A DNA stretch of 64,000 nt from a virus. Positions 35,669-47,061 of this stretch are shown here, piece by piece. The DNA lies in the IMG/VR virus record IMGVR_UViG_3300021376_000037, positions 12,998-76,997 of that record; one strand, given 5' to 3'. The notes beneath the pieces were generated by a model that ran no database searches, was not told where the DNA came from, and saw only the letters and a list, made by a program, of their open reading frames with translations. Within the stretch, counting starts at the first letter, position 1; each line of letters starts with the position of its first letter. Both the position numbers and the translations under genes were made by a program.

Positions 35669-37471
35669 ATGGCTAAAAAAATAATACCTATTAAATACAC
35701 AAGTCGTGATTTTCAGAGCATAAAAGACGATTTAATAGAACATGCTAAGAGATATTATAAAGATTCTTATAAGGATTTTAACGAAGCGTCGTTCGGCTCT
35801 TTAATGCTAGATTCTGTAGCATATATAGGCGATATGTTATCTTTCTATATTGATTATCAGGCAAATGAAAGCTTTCTTGATAATGCGGTAGAGTATGAAA
35901 ATATTATAAAAATAGGTAGACAATTAGGATATAAATTTACTAATTCTGTTTCTTCAACAGGGGTGGCTAGTTTTTATATTTCTCTTCCGGCTATAGCTGG
36001 TGGTTTAACACCTAATTTTGATTATGCGCCCGTATTAAAAAGAGGTAGTACTTTTAAAACAGTCAACGGAGTATCGTTTATATTAAACGAAGATGTAAGA
36101 TTTGATAATCCAAACAATGAAATAAGGGTAAGTACAGTAGACGAAGACGGATCACCGACTTTTTATGCTGTAAAGGCGGTAGGAACTGTAGTTTCTGGCT
36201 TGACAACATCAGAAACTGTATCTGTCGGCGCATATGAGAGATTTAAGAAAATTAATTTAAATCAGTTAGATATTGTTGAAATATTATCTGTTGTAGACTC
36301 AGAGGGTAATGAATATTTTGAAGTTGATTATTTATCTCAAAATGTTATTTATAAATCTTATACTAATAAAAATCCTACTGATGCCGTATTGGCAAAAGAA
36401 ATATTAAAACCATTTGTTGTTCCAAGAAGATTTGTGGTTGATAGAAACTTAAGAACTACCTCATTACAATTCGGTGCTTCAACTAATATAGAGCTAGATA
36501 ATTCTAATAATATCAGTTTTGAGCCTACCAATGTAGTATTGGATATCTATGGAAAAGATTATATTTCCAGCGACTCTTTTGACCCTTCAAGACTATTAAA
36601 TAATGATAAATTTGGTATTTGTCCTTCAAATACCACTCTTACTGTCACATATAGATATAACGATTCTTCTAATGGCGTTAACTTTGCAGTTAACTCTTTA
36701 AATTCTGTTTCAAATGCAAAGTTTGACTTTATGAATGAACAAGATTTAGACCCTGATTTAGTAGATGCTGTACAGGAAAGTTTAGAAATAAACAACGATG
36801 TTCCATTACTTGGTGATGTTACTGTAATAGATTCTGAGGAGTTAAAGAGAAGAATTGAAAATAGCTTTTCTGCTCAGAATAGAGCTGTAACGCAGCAAGA
36901 TTATAAATCTTTAGTATATGCTATGCCATCCAAATTTGGAGCTATTAAAAGAGTAAATATTATAAGAGATGATAATTCCTTAAAGAGAAATTTAAATCTT
37001 TATATCTTATGTGAAGACGCAGATGAAAAACTAACCATCGCTAATCAAAGCGTAAAATCAAACATAAAAACGTGGCTAAGTCGCAATAAAATGATTAATG
37101 ATTCTATAGATATATTAGATGGAAAAATTATTAATTATGCTATTACGTTTGTAGCTTTAGGTACAAATGAAAAGGCAAAAAGCGATATTTTAATTGATGC
37201 CCTAAATCAACTCAAGTCTGATTTTTCGAGACTTCCTGATTTTGGAGAAACATTTAATATTATTGATATCTATTCTAGCTTGAAAAAAGTTCCATCTATT
37301 ATTGATGTTGTTTCTGTTAAAGTGGAGCCAAGAGTTGGAAATAATTACTCTAATTCACAAATGGATTTTAAACAAAATACAACTGCTGATGGAAGGTTTA
37401 TAAGTGTACCTCTCAATGTTGTAATGGAATTAAAATATCCGGATAGTGATATAAAAGGAACAATTTTATAA
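35669..37471 (+). CDS. Baseplate wedge subunit, T4 gp6-like
   Basis: YTSRDF.SIK..L, DFNEAS.G, AYIGD.LSFY.D, QFG, AQNRAVT.QDY; CTATTTATA upstream at 35643. Confidence 0.88.
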   Translation: MAKKIIPIKYTSRDFQSIKDDLIEHAKRYYKDSYKDFNEASFGSLMLDSVAYIGDMLSFYIDYQANESFLDNAVEYENIIKIGRQLGYKFTNSVSSTGVASFYISLPAIAGGLTPNFDYAPVLKRGSTFKTVNGVSFILNEDVRFDNPNNEIRVSTVDEDGSPTFYAVKAVGTVVSGLTTSETVSVGAYERFKKINLNQLDIVEILSVVDSEGNEYFEVDYLSQNVIYKSYTNKNPTDAVLAKEILKPFVVPRRFVVDRNLRTTSLQFGASTNIELDNSNNISFEPTNVVLDIYGKDYISSDSFDPSRLLNNDKFGICPSNTTLTVTYRYNDSSNGVNFAVNSLNSVSNAKFDFMNEQDLDPDLVDAVQESLEINNDVPLLGDVTVIDSEELKRRIENSFSAQNRAVTQQDYKSLVYAMPSKFGAIKRVNIIRDDNSLKRNLNLYILCEDADEKLTIANQSVKSNIKTWLSRNKMINDSIDILDGKIINYAITFVALGTNEKAKSDILIDALNQLKSDFSRLPDFGETFNIIDIYSSLKKVPSIIDVVSVKVEPRVGNNYSNSQMDFKQNTTADGRFISVPLNVVMELKYPDSDIKGTIL

Positions 37472-38901
37472 TGTCTATTAAAAAATTTATTGCTTCTAAA
37501 GATACTACTATTACCGATGCTTATAAAGAAGATTATAGGTCACGCGCTATAAATTCGAATATTGGGGCGGCAGATTCTTTAGAAGTTTTTTCAATTTATG
37601 GTCAAGTTACTACTTCTTCTTTGGAAAAAAGCAGAATTTTAGTTGAATTTCCAATATCGCAAATTTTATCCGATAGACAATCCGGTAAATTACCAGCTAG
37701 TGGTAGTGTAAATTATTTTTTAAAGTTAACAAACGTTGTACATCCTTTCAGTGTTCCTAGACAATTTAAAATGACCATAAATCCAATAACAAAGTATTGG
37801 GAAGAAGGTTATGGCTTAGACATGGAAGGCTATACCGATGACGGCTTTAAAGAAAATATAGGCGGTAACGGTGCAACATGGGTTATGGCTTCTAGTGGGA
37901 CTTATTGGGATACTCAAGGAGGCGACTATTTAACATCATCGCAGTATACTTTAACTAGTAGTTTTGAAACAGGGTTAGAAAATATAGAATTAGATATTAC
38001 AGAAATAACTGAAAGATGGTTATCTAGCGTAATACCAAATTATGGTTTTATTATCAAACTTTCTTCATCTTATGAAGATGGTTCAACATTACAGAGTTTT
38101 TATACTAAAAAATTTTCTGCCAGAGGATCGCAGTTTTTTTATAGTAGACCTGCCATAGAAGCTAGATGGAATCCGGCTGTAACTGATGATAGAAATAGTT
38201 TTTATGCCTCTAGCAGTTTGCTTTCTGCTGATGACAATAAAATGAATTTGTATTTTTACAATAAAGTAAATGGAGCATCTAAAAATATAGTTAATAATCC
38301 AACAGCTACTGTTAAATTTTACTCCAATTCTTCTTTGTCTAATGAAATAATCCCTTCTTATTTATCAGTAACCAATCCTTTTCCCGGCGTATATAAAGCC
38401 CAAGTAGCTATAAACACTACGGCTAGTATTTTGTATGATAAATGGGTTGATGCATCTAATATTACTGATAAATTTTTCTCTTCCTCTTTTGACGTTCTAC
38501 AAAGAGAAAACGATATTGTAAGTGATGTACCGCAATATATTATAAACATAACAAATATGAAATCTTCATATTTTCAAAATGAAAACACCAGATTTAATAT
38601 TTTTGTTCGTGAGCGTGATTGGCAACCTAATATCTATACAGTAGCTTATAATAATATAGAAAATATTATAATTCCCAATTTATATTATAAAATTTTTAGA
38701 TTTAACGATAATTATACTGTAATTGATTATTCAACTGGATCGTTAGCTTATACTAAAACTTCTTACGATTCAAATGGTAATTATTTTGACTTGGACATGA
38801 ATATTCTTGAAAAAGATTATGGTTATGCTATAAAATTAGCTACTTGGGATGGAGTTCAATTACAAGAATTCAAAGATATATTTAAATTTAGGGTAGAATA
38901 A
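37471..38901 (+). CDS. Virion protein with a DNRLRE-like beta-sandwich
   Basis: A.KDTTI, N.G....L, SRILVEF, W.EG.G, DIT...E.W......NYGFIIK, F.AR.....P.IE. Confidence 0.6.
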   Translation: MSIKKFIASKDTTITDAYKEDYRSRAINSNIGAADSLEVFSIYGQVTTSSLEKSRILVEFPISQILSDRQSGKLPASGSVNYFLKLTNVVHPFSVPRQFKMTINPITKYWEEGYGLDMEGYTDDGFKENIGGNGATWVMASSGTYWDTQGGDYLTSSQYTLTSSFETGLENIELDITEITERWLSSVIPNYGFIIKLSSSYEDGSTLQSFYTKKFSARGSQFFYSRPAIEARWNPAVTDDRNSFYASSSLLSADDNKMNLYFYNKVNGASKNIVNNPTATVKFYSNSSLSNEIIPSYLSVTNPFPGVYKAQVAINTTASILYDKWVDASNITDKFFSSSFDVLQRENDIVSDVPQYIINITNMKSSYFQNENTRFNIFVRERDWQPNIYTVAYNNIENIIIPNLYYKIFRFNDNYTVIDYSTGSLAYTKTSYDSNGNYFDLDMNILEKDYGYAIKLATWDGVQLQEFKDIFKFRVE

Positions 38902-38903
38902 TA

Positions 38904-41900
38904 ATGTCTTTAAAAAATCTATTTGGTAAAACTTCTGAAAACATCATTAGTAATAAAGAATTACAAAAAATTTACGATGATTCAGAATCTCAACAATATG
39001 TTGAACAGGTTATAGAAGAAAAAAATAAATTCATTCCTGTTGTTGATTTTACGTCGGCTTCTAATTTTGCTAGATACGGTTCAGCAGAAAGATATTATGT
39101 TGATGCATTAACCAACATATATCAAAACTATCCATATGATGGCTCTAAGAAAGAAAAATTAGAATGGAGAAATCGCAGTACTCCTTTTGATTTATATGTT
39201 TTTGACAATTTATATCCTAAAACAACTGGTTATGTAAATTTATCTGCTAATATAACACTAAGTTCACAAATAGTAGATTTAGTTTCTTATCGTTCTTCTT
39301 CTGCGCCGCAGTATATAACTGTTAAAGGTGGTCCAAATCCGGCTATAGATGGTAAATTTGAAAATTCTAATATATATGATTTAAAAACTAACAGGGAATG
39401 TAATTTAGGTATTACTCAACAAGGTAATACAGTAGAATTTTGGTTTAAAGATGAATATTCTTCTACCGGTTCTTTAACTAATTCCAGATATGCCTTATTT
39501 GACTTATGGAATGGTAAAGCGAAATCTGATAATTCTTATTCTAGACTTTTAATTGAAAATTTAAACGGTACTAGTTTTGGCGTTACATACATGTCTGGTT
39601 CTTCTGGAGCAGACCGCGTATCTATTGAACATTCTATAGATAAAAATAAGTGGCATCATTATGCCTTTACTTTTAAAAATAACAGTCAAAATAATAATAA
39701 TTTAGACATAAGTTTATATGTAGATGGTGATTTGGTTAAAAAAATAACTACTACTGCAACAGGGAAAATTAATTTAGCTAATAATTCCGGCATGATAGCT
39801 AATATTGGCGCTTATAGAACTAATATAGATGCTAATAACAACGCATGGAATGGATTTGGTGTTTCTTATGGAAGCTATGATGAATTAAGATTTTGGAAAG
39901 TCGCTAGAAACTCTAAGCAAATTTTCAATAGCTGGCACCGTTCTTCCGGTGGCGGCACAAATAAAGATACAGCTAATACAAATCTAGGTATATATTTTAA
40001 ATTTAATGAAGGCGTAATAGATGAAAATAACATTAATGATTTAGATAAGATATGCCTTGATTATTCTGGACGCTTATCTAATGGCGTTATAGTTAATTAT
40101 ACGGCTGGTTGTAAAAATACTAGTTCTGCTATAAATGAATATTTTTCTAAAATAATAGAAGAAAAAGAGCCAATTATATTTTCTTCTAATCCCTTAGTGC
40201 AACAAGTGATTGATGAATATTCTATTTTAGGTTTTCAATACGATCAGACTAATCCAACATCTTTTTATAAATCTGTTCCTTCTTGGATAGTAGACGAAAC
40301 GGAAAATAAAGATTATCAAGATTTAAATTATTTAATACAAATTATTTCAAGTTATTTTGATTCTTTGCATCTTTATATTGAAAAATTGCCAAGAATAAAA
40401 GATGTAGAATATTTAAAATCTGTTGATAAACAAAAAACTTTTACTAAAAATTTATTGACTTCTCATGGATTTGAATTTAGCGATATCTTTTCTGACGCTT
40501 CATTATATGAGGAATTATTTTCATCAACTGAAAAAGAAGATTTTTCAGATAAACTTTATAATGTAAAAAATGCTATATATCAAAATATATACAACAACTT
40601 AACTTTTATTTATAAGTCCAAAGGAACTGAAAAGTCATTAAGAAATTTAATTCGTTGCTTTGGTGTAGATGATGAATTAGTTAAAATTAATTTGTATGCT
40701 GATAATATAACATATGACTTAAAAGACAGATATGTACCAACAGCAATAAAGAAAAAATATATAAATTTTAATAACACAGATAAAATAACCGGTTTTATTT
40801 ATCAAAAGCAAACACCGGGAAATCCTACCTCAAAAGGTTTTATTACCGGCTCTACGGATGAAAAGTTAAAATTTATACCATTAACTTTTGAAACAGAAGT
40901 TATATTTCCAAAAAGAAATGATGTCTATTCTATAGACTATTTCAGCGCTCAGTATACTGATGTTTCTCTTTTTGGCGTTCATACCGCTAAAGATGACGAA
41001 AATGATTTATCTTGGGGCAGTGATAAATTTAATTTTTATGTTTACGCCACTAAGATAGCAAACGACAGTCCAGATGTATACTTTAGCTTGTCTGGATCCT
41101 TTAACGGGCAGCAAATATACGTCACAAGTAGCGTATATAAAAATACTTATAATAACGAAAAATGGAATTTGTCTGTTAGATTATACCCAGATAAACTTAA
41201 TAATATAAATTTAACTTCCGGCTCTGATGAAATAACAAAATATTATTTAGATTTTGTTGGTTATAATGTTTTAGGTGATGACGTTAATAACAACTTTATT
41301 GTTAGTGCTAATATATTATCTGGTAATTACGAAGAGGCTATAAAGCAAAATAAAAGATTATATGTTGGTGCCCATTATGAAAATTTTGACGGTACAACTA
41401 TAAAAGCTTATTCTGATGTAAAAATATCAAATTTAAGATTATGGTTTGATTATCTTAATAATGACGAGCTATTATCACATGCTTTAGAAGTTAATACACA
41501 TGGTAGACAATACCCAAACTGGAATCCAAACTATTTAAACTCTATCGTTAATACTTTTACGTCAAGTTATATTATAAGCAGTCAAGATACTCTAGTTTTA
41601 GATTGGACTTTTGAAGATGTAACCTCTTCTGATAATAATGGACAATTTTACGTTAAAGACTTTTCTTCTGGCAGTTTAGATGCAAATTATAATTACGGCT
41701 TAGGATGGTTAGCGGATTATTTAACTAATGAATATACAGCTTTTGGTGATAAATTCTTTCCCAATGATTTATCGACCGTAGAAAATCAGTACATTTACTC
41801 TCTAAAAAAGCAACAACCAGAAACTTTGAATAGTAATGACTTAATAGATATTTCTCCTATTGACGATTTTACTAGAACAAAACAATCAAAACCATATACA

Positions 41901-44900
41901 TATTTTATTGCTATAGAAAAAAGTATGGCTCAAGTTATAAATGATGAAATACTTGATTGGTTTGCTACTATAAAAGATTTTAATAACTTAATCGGAGATC
42001 CCTCAGAGAGATATCGTATTGAATATAACGGTCTTGCACACTTAAGAAAATTATTTTTCAGTAGAGTAAATAATGAACCAAGTTATGAAAAGTTTTTAGA
42101 ATTTTATAAATGGATTGATTCTTCTATAACTGTTTTAATAAATCAAATATTACCAGCTAGTGCAAATATAACAGACAAAATTAGAAACGTAGTCGAAAGT
42201 CACATATTAGAAAGAAATAAATACGAAAATAAATTACCAACCTTAGAATTTAAAGGAAAAGTTAAGTCATATCCCGTTCAATCACATTTAGAATATAATT
42301 ATGTGGAACAAGCAGCAGAATTATCTAGCTTATCTGAACAATTAAAAGTCAGCAGATACTATAATTTTAAGCCTATATGGTTAAAGAATAGGGTGGAAAG
42401 AAACAACACCTTAGTTGATACGGATCTTTTACCACAAAATGATATAGATAGAGAAGTTCTAAGACAAATTATAAACAATAAAAATCTAGATTCTCCACCG
42501 ACAGTATACTTGCCAAATGATATTACTGGTTATGAACATGATACATACAAAATTAGAACATTATCTAAAACATATAAATTAAATACAGATAAGTTAATAA
42601 TTTGTGAAGATATAATAAAACCAATAAATATAGAAAATACAAAATTTACAGGACAGATACAATTTGCAGAAGACTTAGAAAATTCTGCTAGTTCTGATGT
42701 ACTACCTAAATCCTATAAGAAACAAGGAAATTTCTTAAATAATTATGAATACTTACAGACTTCTGGAAGAACTGAAAACAATAAATCATTTGTTTCTGCA
42801 TCTGGAATTTTAACCAGTACTTCTTCTGTTAATGAACTAGGATATGCTGATAAAAGTTTAATACAAAGAGCTGCAAAAAAGAATGTATTTGTTGAAAGAT
42901 TTAGTGCTCCCGGTGGCGCAGAAGTAAATAGTAGAGGTGCATTAGATAGAGATGCGGAAGAATATTCTGCTTACAATAACTTAAATTATAGAAATTTTAG
43001 AGTTAGAAAACAACTACATGCTTGGTTGGCGGAAAGCATGAGTATAAATCCAGTAAATCCTTCTTATCATAAAGTAAATAGAAACTTTGGTTATCTACCG
43101 GGAGAACCATATTATGAATATGTTGGAGGAAATTCTGGTAATGGACCAATTCCTACATATACTTTATCTTCGTCTGCTTATACATTAAATAATTTCATGG
43201 GTATCCTTTATGATACAGGAGGTGTAGATCAAGATTATTTAATTTCAGAGCAAAAATATGTATTTATTGAACCACCGGGAGGTATAACTAAATTTACTAT
43301 TAATTCTTTCTCTACTGCTGATTTTAATGATAAATTAAAAATTTATTACAATCCCAATCCAGAAATAGAAGTTGAATTACCAAAGCCTCATGGCGCAGGC
43401 GGCAGCCAAGGTTGGTCTGATATTTCATTAGGATTAAATAATAACGCTCTTGCATTAGCTAAAATAGATAATAAAATATATGTTGCTGGCGATTTTGCGT
43501 TTAATGGTAGCGAAGCAGTTAATTTAAATTCTATTGCTGTTTGGGAATCAGGTAGTAATTTAATGCCTCTAAGCGGTGGCGGTGTAGACACTGACGGAGG
43601 TGAAGAAATAAATTGCTTATATGTAAGTGGCACCGATATATACGTTGGAGGAAATTTTTATACAGTCGGTGTTGACCCATTAATTACAATCCAGCAGCCT
43701 TTAACTGATTGGACCATTTTAACAGCTTCAACGGTATTTTCAGTAGAATATCCATATAAAATATTTTCTGTAAATGATACTTTATATGTTGCTGGATATT
43801 GTGATACAACTTCTAAAAATGGTATTTCCTATTATAATGAAACATCCGGATGGCAAATTTTAACTTCTAGTGATGGATACTATATAAGCGGTACAATACA
43901 CGCTATAGTAGTTAAAGATAATTATATTTATTATGCCGGTAACATAAGAAATGTTAATAATACATCTGATATCTTAGCTCAATCAAATATTGGTAGATAT
44001 GATCTGACAACTAATACTTATGAAACTCTAGGTACGCCACATATAGATATTACAGATTTTTCTTCTGGTTCTTATGTAAACTGCATGACCATTTCTGGTT
44101 CTGATGTATATGTTGGATTATGGGATGCAAAAAATTATATAGTATGGAAATGGGATGGCTCTTCTTGGTCGGGCGTGGGAGATCAAATACTAAACTTTGT
44201 TCCTACCTATGCAAATGATATTCAATTTAGCGGTAGTGATATTTATCTTGGTGTAACATTTGAGGCTGGTTTATGGACTCTTTCTTCAAGTATTTGGATT
44301 CCAGTAGCAAATTATGACGGCTCATATGTTAAGCAAAATAATATAAACCCTAATTACAATAGTTCAACGGGTTTAGAAGCGTTAAAGGGTGAAAGTGGAG
44401 TATCAACCGTAAGAAAAATTATTGTCAATGATGATGGAACTATAGATATATTTGGCGGTTTCAATAAATTAGCTGATAATAATGGAAATGCAATTTTAGA
44501 ATTAAGCGGCGCAGCTAAAATATCATTTGATGTAACTGGTAGTATAGTTTTTAGTCAAATCGGTGATGGTTTGTTGGTATATGGTAGTCCCACATATGAT
44601 ACAAGATATGTACAACAAATACACGCGGCTCATTACAGTGGCAGTGACTTATATGTTGCAGGAGCATTTGACGATTATACAAGTTATAAGGTCTATAAAT
44701 TAGTCGGAACGGCTTGGATACCACAACTTTCCAGTGATTATTCTTCTGGCGAAGGAGTAATTTATGATTTTACCTTTTTAGGAGAAAAAACTTATTTTGT
44801 CGGTAATGACTTATTAGATTCCATTAATAGTAATTACAATAACGTATTACAAACTGGTGGAACCATAACAGTTCCAACGCCAACTACATCAGTAAACAAC

Positions 44901-47021
44901 ATAGCTAAATACGATACTTTAACTGATGCTTGGTCTTCTTTGGGAGATGGATTACCAGATACGGTTTGGACAATTACTAAATTTAATGGTGAGATATATG
45001 CCGGATACGATGGAGAAGACGCATTAAGTGGTAATTATATATCTAAATTTAATGGAACATCTTGGGAACCTGTTGGCGTTGGAGATGAAATAAGTACATC
45101 TGTTTATGCTTTAGCGTCTTCAGGAAGTGACTTATATATTGGAGGTAATTTTTTCTTCCCCAAACCGGATGGAGATGAAAGAATAGCTGTATGGAATGGT
45201 ACTTCTTGGAGAGGTTTTTTTGAAGGAGTTACATATCCTACTTCTTCCTATGTCTGGTATCACAACGGCGCTATAAGCGCTTTAGAAGTTTATGAAAATA
45301 AATTATATATTGGTGGCGATTTCACCAATATGCGTACAGGCATCGGTGGAGAAGAGGTTTATAACCATATATGCGTTTTTGATACTGAAACCGGAATTGT
45401 ATCTGCTTTAGGAAATGGTTTAAATGATATAGTGAAAACCATATTTGTTTCTGATAGCAATAATGTATATGCCGGTGGTTCTTTTACTGTCACTGGTAAT
45501 TTTATTTCTAAATGGAATGGAACAAATTGGTCACAGCTTGGAAATGATTTAATAACATCTGGCGGTAATTATGTAACTGATATTTTAGTTAGTGGTAATT
45601 GTATATTTGTAGTTGGCGATTATACAACCAGTAGTTTATATAGCGCTTATGAACATGGCGTTGGTAGATATTGTGAAGTTCCAACATACACTTTATTAGC
45701 CGAATTATCTGGTTCTGAGGGTCTAGATTATAGCTCTTCTTCTATTCAAACCATAAATACATTCCCGTATGATATAACGATACCAGAAGAAAATGGTAAA
45801 TTTTTAATTTCTTGGGTTACAGATGAAGAGGATACAAATTCTGGTTTCTCTATTACTTGGAATGAAGATCAATATATAGCTCCCGTTCCACCAACACTAG
45901 TTTTAACTGCGGTAGCAAAATCAATAAAACACGATAACGAATATGTTGTACATCAAATACCAAGAAATGATATTCAATATGCTTGGATGACGGCATCCGC
46001 CGTTCCATCGTTATTGCCTTATGGATTTATCAACGGATATGCTAATCAATATTTTTCTACAATAAGCTTTTTATCAGGTAACCTTTCTGGCTCTCATATA
46101 ATAGATTATGTTGGATTAAACAACGTTATATTTAAAAACGTTAACACCTCTTCTAATACGATATCACCAGATGGTAATGTTATTGACGTAAACGCATATA
46201 TTTCTAATATCTATGGCCCTTATCAGGGTGCTTCTTGGAAGCAAATTAGAGGAACAGAAAATAAATTAGTAAATATTTCTAGAAAAAATAACCATATCCT
46301 AGTACAAGATGTTCCTAAGATTAGAACTATAGTAAATAATGATCGTACTAAAACGACTACCATAGATAGCAGAAGCACAAATTTCACTTCCTATAAAGAA
46401 CCGGCTGTTGACTATAATTATCCTATGGAACATAAGGTAATGATTAGTAGTTCATTGGACGGAATACAAAATATTAATATTGTTAACAGTTATGATAACA
46501 ATAAAAATTTACTATCTAATATAGATTTAAGCTTAAGATTATCTGTATCGGAAAGACAGGAATTACAAACACACGATTTACTAAATAATTTATCTAAAGA
46601 TAACACTTATGATCCAAGTCCGGTTATAAATGAAGCTTCTTATATACAACAAGTATTTCCATCTAGAGAAACTGTAACTATTAAAGAAATAAGAGTAAAA
46701 GATAATTATGATGATAATTTAGTTAATTCCTCCAGCGTGGCACATGTAAAAACATATTGGAAGGAAAACTATATTGACCGTAGAAGAATAGATGGAAGCA
46801 GTGATCTATTTAGCTCTATAAGCTCATCTTATACCGCGTTAACTAATTTTACATCCTCTATTTTAGGAAAGTGTCCGGTTATTCATAATGTATCCGGAAC
46901 ACACTATGCGTCTATTTATTCAATTGATAATTTAACTGGTTCTTTTAATGAATATAATAGTAATATTAGCGGTTCAATTGCAAGACCAATAATTCCGTGG
47001 GCAAGACGTTTTATTTTATAA
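38904..47021 (+). CDS. Giant baseplate/receptor-binding protein (LamG, gp7-like segment, CUB, beta-propellers)
   Basis: TVEFW...WHHYAF...LYVDG...DELRFW (LamG); YKSKGTEKSLRNLIRCFG (gp7/tail-I-like); YVGG.F...IA.W.G..W..LG.G blade repeats. Confidence 0.75.
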   Translation: MSLKNLFGKTSENIISNKELQKIYDDSESQQYVEQVIEEKNKFIPVVDFTSASNFARYGSAERYYVDALTNIYQNYPYDGSKKEKLEWRNRSTPFDLYVFDNLYPKTTGYVNLSANITLSSQIVDLVSYRSSSAPQYITVKGGPNPAIDGKFENSNIYDLKTNRECNLGITQQGNTVEFWFKDEYSSTGSLTNSRYALFDLWNGKAKSDNSYSRLLIENLNGTSFGVTYMSGSSGADRVSIEHSIDKNKWHHYAFTFKNNSQNNNNLDISLYVDGDLVKKITTTATGKINLANNSGMIANIGAYRTNIDANNNAWNGFGVSYGSYDELRFWKVARNSKQIFNSWHRSSGGGTNKDTANTNLGIYFKFNEGVIDENNINDLDKICLDYSGRLSNGVIVNYTAGCKNTSSAINEYFSKIIEEKEPIIFSSNPLVQQVIDEYSILGFQYDQTNPTSFYKSVPSWIVDETENKDYQDLNYLIQIISSYFDSLHLYIEKLPRIKDVEYLKSVDKQKTFTKNLLTSHGFEFSDIFSDASLYEELFSSTEKEDFSDKLYNVKNAIYQNIYNNLTFIYKSKGTEKSLRNLIRCFGVDDELVKINLYADNITYDLKDRYVPTAIKKKYINFNNTDKITGFIYQKQTPGNPTSKGFITGSTDEKLKFIPLTFETEVIFPKRNDVYSIDYFSAQYTDVSLFGVHTAKDDENDLSWGSDKFNFYVYATKIANDSPDVYFSLSGSFNGQQIYVTSSVYKNTYNNEKWNLSVRLYPDKLNNINLTSGSDEITKYYLDFVGYNVLGDDVNNNFIVSANILSGNYEEAIKQNKRLYVGAHYENFDGTTIKAYSDVKISNLRLWFDYLNNDELLSHALEVNTHGRQYPNWNPNYLNSIVNTFTSSYIISSQDTLVLDWTFEDVTSSDNNGQFYVKDFSSGSLDANYNYGLGWLADYLTNEYTAFGDKFFPNDLSTVENQYIYSLKKQQPETLNSNDLIDISPIDDFTRTKQSKPYTYFIAIEKSMAQVINDEILDWFATIKDFNNLIGDPSERYRIEYNGLAHLRKLFFSRVNNEPSYEKFLEFYKWIDSSITVLINQILPASANITDKIRNVVESHILERNKYENKLPTLEFKGKVKSYPVQSHLEYNYVEQAAELSSLSEQLKVSRYYNFKPIWLKNRVERNNTLVDTDLLPQNDIDREVLRQIINNKNLDSPPTVYLPNDITGYEHDTYKIRTLSKTYKLNTDKLIICEDIIKPINIENTKFTGQIQFAEDLENSASSDVLPKSYKKQGNFLNNYEYLQTSGRTENNKSFVSASGILTSTSSVNELGYADKSLIQRAAKKNVFVERFSAPGGAEVNSRGALDRDAEEYSAYNNLNYRNFRVRKQLHAWLAESMSINPVNPSYHKVNRNFGYLPGEPYYEYVGGNSGNGPIPTYTLSSSAYTLNNFMGILYDTGGVDQDYLISEQKYVFIEPPGGITKFTINSFSTADFNDKLKIYYNPNPEIEVELPKPHGAGGSQGWSDISLGLNNNALALAKIDNKIYVAGDFAFNGSEAVNLNSIAVWESGSNLMPLSGGGVDTDGGEEINCLYVSGTDIYVGGNFYTVGVDPLITIQQPLTDWTILTASTVFSVEYPYKIFSVNDTLYVAGYCDTTSKNGISYYNETSGWQILTSSDGYYISGTIHAIVVKDNYIYYAGNIRNVNNTSDILAQSNIGRYDLTTNTYETLGTPHIDITDFSSGSYVNCMTISGSDVYVGLWDAKNYIVWKWDGSSWSGVGDQILNFVPTYANDIQFSGSDIYLGVTFEAGLWTLSSSIWIPVANYDGSYVKQNNINPNYNSSTGLEALKGESGVSTVRKIIVNDDGTIDIFGGFNKLADNNGNAILELSGAAKISFDVTGSIVFSQIGDGLLVYGSPTYDTRYVQQIHAAHYSGSDLYVAGAFDDYTSYKVYKLVGTAWIPQLSSDYSSGEGVIYDFTFLGEKTYFVGNDLLDSINSNYNNVLQTGGTITVPTPTTSVNNIAKYDTLTDAWSSLGDGLPDTVWTITKFNGEIYAGYDGEDALSGNYISKFNGTSWEPVGVGDEISTSVYALASSGSDLYIGGNFFFPKPDGDERIAVWNGTSWRGFFEGVTYPTSSYVWYHNGAISALEVYENKLYIGGDFTNMRTGIGGEEVYNHICVFDTETGIVSALGNGLNDIVKTIFVSDSNNVYAGGSFTVTGNFISKWNGTNWSQLGNDLITSGGNYVTDILVSGNCIFVVGDYTTSSLYSAYEHGVGRYCEVPTYTLLAELSGSEGLDYSSSSIQTINTFPYDITIPEENGKFLISWVTDEEDTNSGFSITWNEDQYIAPVPPTLVLTAVAKSIKHDNEYVVHQIPRNDIQYAWMTASAVPSLLPYGFINGYANQYFSTISFLSGNLSGSHIIDYVGLNNVIFKNVNTSSNTISPDGNVIDVNAYISNIYGPYQGASWKQIRGTENKLVNISRKNNHILVQDVPKIRTIVNNDRTKTTTIDSRSTNFTSYKEPAVDYNYPMEHKVMISSSLDGIQNINIVNSYDNNKNLLSNIDLSLRLSVSERQELQTHDLLNNLSKDNTYDPSPVINEASYIQQVFPSRETVTIKEIRVKDNYDDNLVNSSSVAHVKTYWKENYIDRRRIDGSSDLFSSISSSYTALTNFTSSILGKCPVIHNVSGTHYASIYSIDNLTGSFNEYNSNISGSIARPIIPWARRFIL

Positions 47022-47061
47022 AATTTAACTTTTTTGATATAATATACTTTGGAGTTTAATA

